A DNA stretch of 11,968 bases from Gemmatimonadota bacterium (GTDB lineage: Bacteria > Gemmatimonadota > Gemmatimonadetes > Gemmatimonadales > Gemmatimonadaceae), in NCBI GenBank assembly GCA_031372565.1, contig JANMLN010000196.1, forward strand, positions 1 through 11,968, given 5' to 3'. Made by a program: the position numbers and the translations under genes. The notes below the pieces were generated by a model. The model searched no databases and was not told the DNA's origin. It saw only the letters and a program-made list of their open reading frames with translations. This document shows positions 6,249 through 11,968 of this stretch, in pieces. Within the stretch, counting starts at the first letter, position 1. Every line of letters starts with the position of its first letter.

Positions 6249-7909
6249 TGAAGTACACTCTCGTCGGCCTCGAAGGCAACCAGAACGTCGAACTCCGCAC
6301 GACCGCTCCCATGGTCGTGGGGCGTGCACTCACGAGCGACATCCCGATCGCCGACCCGACGATTTCGCGGCGGCACGCGGAGGTGTCGGTTGTCGAGGGC
6401 AAAGTGGTGGTGCGCGACCTTGGCTCGAGTAACGGCACCTTCCGGAACGGGGCGCAGATCACGGAGGCGACCTGCAATCACGGGGACGCGGTCACCTTCG
6501 GCAAGGTGCCCTTCAAGCTGGAGGTTCTGACACCAGCGTCCCCCGCCAGCCTGACGCCGCCGGGGCCTGCTCCGATGCCCGACCACGGCATGGCAAGCAG
6601 CAATCCGACCGTCGCCGCCCCGCCGCCAAAGATGGCCGGCGCAACGATCGTGAAGTCGCTGCCGGCCGACTTCCGCGACCTGCTGGCGGCCTCGCTGCGG
6701 TCGAAGGAACAGGAAGCGGTCAAGTCGTCCCCCAATGCCGTCACGTCCGAACGCGACGTCTCGACGACGCAGGAACGGCTGACCACGCTCCTCGATGTCT
6801 CCACCGAGCTCACCAAGTCCATCTCGGTCGACGCGCTTCTCGAGAAGATCGTGGCCAAGTCGTGGGGGATTTTCCCGGTCGATCGCGTGGCGATCCTGCT
6901 GGGGGACGACGAAGGGGTGCTGCACGCGAAGCTCGCCAAGGATCGCAAGGGGAACACGCTGGGCACGATGGTGCCGCAGTCGATCGCGCGCGCGGTGTAC
7001 GGCGGACGGCAGGCCATCGTGTCCGAGGATGCGGGCGAAGACTCGCGCTTCGCGGGGCAGTCCATCGTGCTGCAGCAAGTCCGGTCGGCCATGTGTGCCC
7101 CGCTGGTGGGCAGCGAGGGGCGCGCGCTGGGCGTGATCTACGTGGACTGTCTCTTCACGCGGCACCGATTCACCGAAGACGACCTCGGGTTTCTCATCGC
7201 CTTCGGTGGCATCGCAGCGGTGGCCATCGAGAATTCGCAGTTCTCGGAGCGCATTCGCAAGGAAGCGCTCACGCGATCCAACTTCGAGCGGTTCTTCACC
7301 CCCGGGCTGGCGGCCCGCATCGCGAACAACCCGGACGCGATCAAGCTGGGCGGAGACAAGCGCACGGTCTCGGTCCTGTTCTCGGACATCCGCGGCTTCA
7401 CGGCCATGTCGGAGACGATGAACCCGTCGGACATGGCCAAGCTCCTGTCCGAGTACTTCACCGAGATGGTGGAGTGCGTGTTCCGGCACGGCGGTACGCT
7501 CGACAAGTTCATCGGCGATGCGGTCATGGCGCAGTGGGGCGCGCCGCTCGCGGAGCCGGATGATCCAGACCGTGCCATGCGCGCCGCGATCGACATGATG
7601 CGCGAACTCGAGACGCTCAATGCCCGCTGGCGGGCCGAGGGGCGACCGACGCTGGCGATCGGTATCGGCCTCAACTGCGGCGAGGCGTTCGCCGGGAACA
7701 TCGGCTCGGAGCGCCGCCTGGAGTACACCGTGATCGGGGACACGGTGAACACGGCCAGCCGCCTCTGCGGGGCGGCTGCCGCTGGCGAGATCCTGCTGTC
7801 GGAGCAGTTCCGCGCGGCCCTCAAGGACGCGCCCGCGCTGCAGAGCCACCCGCCAATGGAACTCAAGGGCAAGAGCCATCCGCTCCCGGTGTTCAGCGTG
7901 GTCCTGTGA
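6248..7909 (+). CDS. FHA-GAF-class III (IIIb-type) adenylate cyclase
   Basis: FHA motifs VGR, ISRRHA and DLGSSNGT, then a Pro-rich linker and a GAF-like region (DSRFAGQSI..VRSAMCAPL..GVIYVD). Cyclase core FSDIRGFT, LDKFIGDAVM, EYTVIGDTVNTASRL has both metal-binding Asp, ATP-specifying Lys/Thr and Asn/Arg. No obvious transmembrane helix. Start could also be TTG 6245. Confidence 0.93.
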   Translation: MKYTLVGLEGNQNVELRTTAPMVVGRALTSDIPIADPTISRRHAEVSVVEGKVVVRDLGSSNGTFRNGAQITEATCNHGDAVTFGKVPFKLEVLTPASPASLTPPGPAPMPDHGMASSNPTVAAPPPKMAGATIVKSLPADFRDLLAASLRSKEQEAVKSSPNAVTSERDVSTTQERLTTLLDVSTELTKSISVDALLEKIVAKSWGIFPVDRVAILLGDDEGVLHAKLAKDRKGNTLGTMVPQSIARAVYGGRQAIVSEDAGEDSRFAGQSIVLQQVRSAMCAPLVGSEGRALGVIYVDCLFTRHRFTEDDLGFLIAFGGIAAVAIENSQFSERIRKEALTRSNFERFFTPGLAARIANNPDAIKLGGDKRTVSVLFSDIRGFTAMSETMNPSDMAKLLSEYFTEMVECVFRHGGTLDKFIGDAVMAQWGAPLAEPDDPDRAMRAAIDMMRELETLNARWRAEGRPTLAIGIGLNCGEAFAGNIGSERRLEYTVIGDTVNTASRLCGAAAAGEILLSEQFRAALKDAPALQSHPPMELKGKSHPLPVFSVVL

Positions 7910-8667
7910 CCGTTGGCGCCGCGCCGCCGGACTATGTGCCGGTGATCGCGTCGCATGCGAAGGGGTTGGCCGTCCGCTCCGTCGCCGCCGCGCTCCAACA
8001 CGCGCTCGAGGGCGGCCGCTCGCTCCACGCGTGGGCGGAATCGCAACCCGGTGCGCGGGCCTATCAGGGGCGCGCCACCGCCTGGGCCGTCACGCTCGGG
8101 CCTGAGCGCGTGGTGGTCCGGCACTCCACGCATGGCGGCGTGCTCGCGCCCGTGACCGGCGACCTCTTCCGGTCGCCGACGCGCGCACCGGCTGAGTTCG
8201 AGGCGAGTCAGCGCCTCGCCGCGCTCCAGATTCCGTCGCCCACGGTGATCGCGTACGCGGTGTATCCGGCCGCGCTCGGCTTCGCGCGCGCGGATGTCGC
8301 CACGCGCGAAGTCCCCGATGGCGAGGACCTGCTGGCCGCGCTGGCGCGCGCCAGCGTCGACGAGCGTCGATCCCGCGTGCTGCCGGCGGTCGCCCGGCTG
8401 CTCGATGCGATGGCGGTCACCGGCGTGCAACATCCCGACCTGAACGCGAAGAACATCCTCCTCGCCTCGAATGCGCAGGGCGACTGCGTGGCGTGGATCC
8501 TCGACGTCGACGTGGTCCGGTTCGAGGCGCCGAACGATCCCGAGAGCGATGCGGCCAATCGAGCCCGGCTCGCCCGTTCACTCGTGAAGCGCGCCGCCTT
8601 GTTCGCCGCACCGCTCACGACCGCGGACGGGGCGCTGCTCGGACTGCCGCAGGACGCGGCGTCGTGA
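7906..8667 (+). CDS. kdkA: 3-deoxy-D-manno-octulosonic acid (Kdo) kinase-like LPS kinase (Kdo/WaaP family)
   Basis: GRATAW, VVRHSTHGG (cf. KdkA LRHYxRGG), R..AEF, RAD, catalytic loop HPDLNAKNILL (cf. HADLNAHNILL) and WILDVD. The GTG start overlaps the cyclase TGA (GTGA). Confidence 0.8.
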   Translation: MTVGAAPPDYVPVIASHAKGLAVRSVAAALQHALEGGRSLHAWAESQPGARAYQGRATAWAVTLGPERVVVRHSTHGGVLAPVTGDLFRSPTRAPAEFEASQRLAALQIPSPTVIAYAVYPAALGFARADVATREVPDGEDLLAALARASVDERRSRVLPAVARLLDAMAVTGVQHPDLNAKNILLASNAQGDCVAWILDVDVVRFEAPNDPESDAANRARLARSLVKRAALFAAPLTTADGALLGLPQDAAS

Positions 8668-8708
8668 GTCGCGGCTCTGTGAGTCGCGGCGCTGTGAGTC
8701 GCGGCATC
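8664..8708 (+). repeat. 15-bp tandem repeat GTGAGTCGCGGC(NNN) x3 at the kdkA/GT9 overlap
   Basis: gtgagtcgcggctct (8664-8678), gtgagtcgcggcgct (8679-8693), gtgagtcgcggcatc (8694-8708). Encodes VSRGS-VSRGA-VSRGI in the GT9 frame. Confidence 0.95.
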
Positions 8709-9776
8709 TCGGCGCGACTGGATCGGGTGGGCATCGTGATGATGTCGGCCGCAGGCGACGTGGTCCACGTGCTCCCGGTGCTCCACGCGCTCAAGCGACA
8801 TCATCCCGCGATGCGCGTCACGTGGGTGCTGCAGCCGGGGCCGGGCTCCCTGGTGGCCGGCCACCCGCTGGTCGACGAGGTCCTGTTCTTCCAGCGCAAA
8901 CGCGGCCTCGAGGCGGTCTCGGCCTTCAACCATATTCGCGGTGCACTCGCCGAACGGCCGTTCGATCTCGTCCTCAACCTGCAGGTGTATTTCAAGGCGG
9001 GGTTGATCACCAGCTTCACGCATGCGCCGGTCAAGCTCGGCTTCGACCGTGCGCGCGCGCGCGACGGCAACTGGCTGTTCACGACGCACCAGATTCCACC
9101 GCACGCGGGGCAGCACGTGCAGGACCAGTACCTCGAGTTCGTCGATGCCCTCGGCGTGCCACGCGGCCCGGTCACCTGGGGGCTGGGCCCTTGGGAGAGC
9201 GAGCGGGCGTGGCAGCGCGAGTTCTTCTCGCGACTCGAGCGCCCGGCGGCCGCGATCATCGTGGCCACCAGCAAGGCCGAAAAAGACTGGCTCCCGTCAC
9301 GGTGGGCCGAGGTGTGCCGCATCCTGTGGCATGACTTTGGCCTGCAGCCGGTGTTGTGCGGAGGCGAGTCCGCGCGCGAGTTGGCCGCGTGCGCGATCAT
9401 CGAGCGCGAGTCCGGCGTGCCGACCGTCAACGCCCTCGGCAGCGGGCTTCGCCGCCTCACGGCCATTCTCGATGGCGCGGCGGTGGCAGTGAGCCCTGAT
9501 ACGGGGCCGCTCCACATGAGCGTGGCAATCGACCGTCCCGTGATCAGCCTCATCGCGTACTCGAACCCCAAGCGCGTGGGGCCGTACCGGCGGTTTCACG
9601 ACCTCATGATCGACGCGTATGGCGAGCCGGGCGAGCACTACCCGGTGAACATGGAGAACCGTCCGGGGCGCATGGGACGCATTACCGTGGCGCAGGTGAT
9701 CGAGAAGGTCGAGCGGTGGCGCAGCGCGTACGCGACGCATGTTCGCTCTCCCGTGTCGCTGAGCGAATCGGCATGA
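8664..9776 (+). CDS. Glycosyltransferase family 9 LPS heptosyltransferase, OpsX-like (start GTG 8664, 8679 or 8694)
   Basis: GT9 motifs SAAGDVVH, VTWV, FDLVLNLQ, KDW..W and SPDTGPLHMSVA. The segment GFDRARARD.NWLFT..I..GQHV.D resembles OpsX-type enzymes as I recall them. Confidence 0.88.
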   Translation: MSRGSVSRGAVSRGISARLDRVGIVMMSAAGDVVHVLPVLHALKRHHPAMRVTWVLQPGPGSLVAGHPLVDEVLFFQRKRGLEAVSAFNHIRGALAERPFDLVLNLQVYFKAGLITSFTHAPVKLGFDRARARDGNWLFTTHQIPPHAGQHVQDQYLEFVDALGVPRGPVTWGLGPWESERAWQREFFSRLERPAAAIIVATSKAEKDWLPSRWAEVCRILWHDFGLQPVLCGGESARELAACAIIERESGVPTVNALGSGLRRLTAILDGAAVAVSPDTGPLHMSVAIDRPVISLIAYSNPKRVGPYRRFHDLMIDAYGEPGEHYPVNMENRPGRMGRITVAQVIEKVERWRSAYATHVRSPVSLSESA

Positions 9777-9831
9777 TGGCGCATGTCATCCGGGCGCTCC
9801 CCCGAACGCGAAACGCCCCCCGTCCTCCAAA

Positions 9832-11139
9832 ATGACCTCAGGAACACAGGCCGACTGGCGTGCGCGCGCCCTTGCCGCCAGCGACGTCGTCTCCCGCATC
9901 ACCTCCGGTGACCGGGTCTTCATTCACGGCTCGAGCGCGACGCCAACGCCGCTGCTCGAGGCGCTCGCTGCGCGCACCGACCTGCACGACGTGCAGCTGT
10001 ATCATCTGCACCTCAATGGCCCGGCGCCATTCGCCGACGAGGAGCACGCGGGACGGATCACGTCGAACTCGCTCTTCACCGGGCCGAACCTGCGCCGGAG
10101 CGTGTCCGAGGGCCGCGCCGACTACATCCCCGTGTTCCTCAGCGACATTCCGCGCCTCTTCGCGAGCCGCATGATCGATCTGGACGTCGCGATCGTGCAG
10201 CTCTCGCCGCCCGATGCGCACGGTCACTGCACCCTCGGGCCGTCGGTGGACGCGGCGCTGGCCGCCACCGTGCATGCGCGCACCGTGCTGGCGGAGATCA
10301 ACACGGGGATGCCGCGCACGGTCGGCAATACCGTCGTGCCGCTGTCGCGTGTGTCCGCCTGGATGTCCTCCGACCGTCCGCTGCACGCACATCCGGCGTC
10401 GGCCCCGACCGACGTGGACCTCGCGATCGGCGAACTCGTCGCGAACCTGATCGAGGATGGCTCCACGCTCCAGATGGGCATCGGCACGATTCCGGACGCG
10501 GCCCTCGCCCGACTCGGCAACAAGGTCGGACTGGGCGTCCACACCGAGATGTTCTCGGACGGGCTGATTCCGCTGGTCGAGGGTGGCGTGGTCACCAACG
10601 AACACAAGCGGATCCATCGCGGACGGACCGTGACGAGCTTTGCGACGGGCACGCAGCGCCTCTTCGATTTTGTCGACGACAACCTGGCCGTCGAGTTCCA
10701 CCCCTGCGACCGCACCAACGACACTGCACTCATCCGCGAGAACCCGCGCGTGGTCGCCATCAACTCCGCCATCGAGATCGACCTCACGGGCCAGGTGTGC
10801 GCCGACTCGATCGGGCACCGGATCTACTCCGGTATCGGCGGGCAGATGGACTTCATCCATGGCGCCGCACTCTCGGTCGGCGGCAAGCCGATCATCGCCC
10901 TGCCCTCGATGGCGGCTGGGGGCACCATCTCGCGCATCGTGCACGAACTGAAGCCGGGCGCGGGCGTGGTCACGACGCGAGGCCACGTGCACTGGGTCGT
11001 GACCGAGTACGGTGCGGTGAACCTGCATGGTCGCACGCTGCGTGAACGGGCCGACGCTCTCATCGGGATCGCGCACCCGGACGCGCGTGCCGAACTGTCC
11101 CGGCAGCTCCGCGCCGTCCGGCACTTTCCGGCCCACTGA
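9832..11139 (+). CDS. Acetyl-CoA hydrolase/transferase family protein (4-hydroxybutyrate CoA-transferase-like)
   Basis: ATPTPLL, GRADYIPVFLS, SPPDAHG, LQMGIGTIPDA, catalytic HTEM, INSAIEIDLTGQVCADSIG, SGIGGQMDF, VVTEYG, IAHPD. 435 aa. Confidence 0.93.
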   Translation: MTSGTQADWRARALAASDVVSRITSGDRVFIHGSSATPTPLLEALAARTDLHDVQLYHLHLNGPAPFADEEHAGRITSNSLFTGPNLRRSVSEGRADYIPVFLSDIPRLFASRMIDLDVAIVQLSPPDAHGHCTLGPSVDAALAATVHARTVLAEINTGMPRTVGNTVVPLSRVSAWMSSDRPLHAHPASAPTDVDLAIGELVANLIEDGSTLQMGIGTIPDAALARLGNKVGLGVHTEMFSDGLIPLVEGGVVTNEHKRIHRGRTVTSFATGTQRLFDFVDDNLAVEFHPCDRTNDTALIRENPRVVAINSAIEIDLTGQVCADSIGHRIYSGIGGQMDFIHGAALSVGGKPIIALPSMAAGGTISRIVHELKPGAGVVTTRGHVHWVVTEYGAVNLHGRTLRERADALIGIAHPDARAELSRQLRAVRHFPAH

Positions 11140-11188
11140 GGGCGTCCGTCGGACCGGGAAACGGGCCGTCACACGGCCGGGGACGCTC
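11140..11188 (+). terminator. Nested GC-rich stem-loop just after the CoA-transferase stop
   Basis: Inner GGCCGT-cac-ACGGCC (11164-11178). Outer GGGCGTCC (11140-11147) pairs with GGACGCTC (11181-11188). No U tract. Confidence 0.3.
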
Positions 11189-11193
11189 CGGGA

Positions 11194-11199
11194 TAGATT
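11194..11199 (+). promoter_or_regulatory. Putative -10 element of a leaderless transcript
   Basis: TAGATT (TAnnnT) in a high-GC background, exactly 6 nt before ATG 11206, with no Shine-Dalgarno at normal spacing. Confidence 0.55.
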
Positions 11200-11205
11200 C
11201 AGATC

Positions 11206-11968
11206 ATGTCGTCCCCGGTGCTCGCCGCCGCGCAGTTCGCCCACCTCGTGCACCTCGCGATGCACGGCCGTCCCGAGGCCGAGCTCGCCGAGCCCGTGCA
11301 GTCCGTTCTCGATGTGCTGCGCGTGCTCGAGGATAGCGGCGTGGACCTCTCCACCGACGGCCTGACGCTGCGCGCCAACCGCGACGACGTCCCCAATGCC
11401 CACCTGGGCGTGAGCGATCTCGTGGCGCAGTGTCACGCCCACGGCCTGTCGTCGCTGTACATCGCAAACGACACGCACGCGGACGAATTGCTGCTGGTGG
11501 CGCAGGCCATCGGCGCCGCGCCCGTGGTTGGTGCGGGCGAGGCGGCGTTGCGCGGAGCGCTCGTCGGCGTGGACCGTGTGATCCCGACGTTCTCGAGCAT
11601 TCCGCAGGTGCAACCGCGGCCCACCCGCACGCTCACCCCCGAGGACTGGGGACGCGTGATCGTGCAGGAGCATGCGGCGGACGGACTGCCGTTCGCCGCG
11701 GTACGGCGTCCGACGATCTCGATCAACGAGCTGTTCGTGCGGTTGCTCGCGAGTCCCCCGAAGGCACAGATGACGGGATTGCTGGAGCAGCTGTTCGTGC
11801 TGCTGGGTGACGCGGTCCGCGACGACAATCGGCGCGTCGTCCTCGAGGTGTTCGAGTTCGTGGCCGACCGTGGCGATCGCGAACGACACTTCGACCTGCA
11901 GGAACTGTATCGGCAGTACGAGCGGCGCATGGTCCGTCCCCTCACGCTCGCGCCCCTCTGCAAGCAGG
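11206..11968 (+). CDS. Hypothetical protein, 3'-truncated by the window edge
   Basis: Open for 254 codons from ATG 11206 to the edge, with strong G/C third-position bias: MSSPVLAAAQFAHLVHLAMHGRPEAELAEPVQSVLDVL...QELYRQYERRMVRPLTLAPLCKQ. Absent from the ORF track, presumably because it has no stop. Confidence 0.85.
   Translation, partial: MSSPVLAAAQFAHLVHLAMHGRPEAELAEPVQSVLDVLRVLEDSGVDLSTDGLTLRANRDDVPNAHLGVSDLVAQCHAHGLSSLYIANDTHADELLLVAQAIGAAPVVGAGEAALRGALVGVDRVIPTFSSIPQVQPRPTRTLTPEDWGRVIVQEHAADGLPFAAVRRPTISINELFVRLLASPPKAQMTGLLEQLFVLLGDAVRDDNRRVVLEVFEFVADRGDRERHFDLQELYRQYERRMVRPLTLAPLCKQ

Noticed and set aside
6180..6329. N-terminal extension of cls to 6329
   Set aside because: It overlaps the cyclase gene. 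ATG 6179 has an SD-like AAGGAAG and gives a typical ClsA length.
6176..7879. 567-aa minus-strand ORF (also 7138..8433)
   Set aside because: Antisense shadow of the cyclase and kinase genes.
649..7909. PilB-REC and the cyclase as one pilus-cAMP system analogous to Pseudomonas Pil-Chp/CyaB
   Set aside because: They are in different transcription units separated by trpE and cls. Proximity is the only support.
8493..8663. N-terminal extension of the GT9 ORF to 8493
   Set aside because: It lies inside the kinase gene. The GTGA overlap at 8664 is the more plausible start.
9773..9789. ATGA-N9-TCAT dyad before the CoA-transferase as a CRP/FNR site
   Set aside because: Spacing and half-sites do not match TGTGA-N6-TCACA or TTGAT-N4-ATCAA, and 4-bp arms arise by chance.
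9838..11889. 683-aa minus-strand ORF spanning two genes
   Set aside because: Antisense shadow of the CoA-transferase and the hypothetical gene, which lie in the same frame. No motifs.

Overview
High-GC chromosomal region with no mobile element, CRISPR array or structural RNA gene visible. The gene content is reminiscent of Gemmatimonadota, but that is an inference. There are nine CDSs, left to right: Nudix hydrolase (-); an orphan PilB/GspE-family ATPase fused to an intact C-terminal receiver domain (-); stand-alone trpE (+); cardiolipin synthase (-); a GTGA-coupled trio of FHA-GAF-class III adenylate cyclase, KdkA-like Kdo kinase and OpsX-like GT9 heptosyltransferase (+); acetyl-CoA hydrolase/CoA-transferase (+); and a hypothetical gene running off the right end that the ORF track missed (+). 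The most notable points are the ATPase-REC fusion with a degenerate MshEN-like N-terminus, the cyclase-kdkA-opsX coupling, two stop-codon-anchored tandem repeats, an Arg-rich 14-codon uORF overlapping the cyclase start, and attenuator-like alternative hairpins ahead of trpE.
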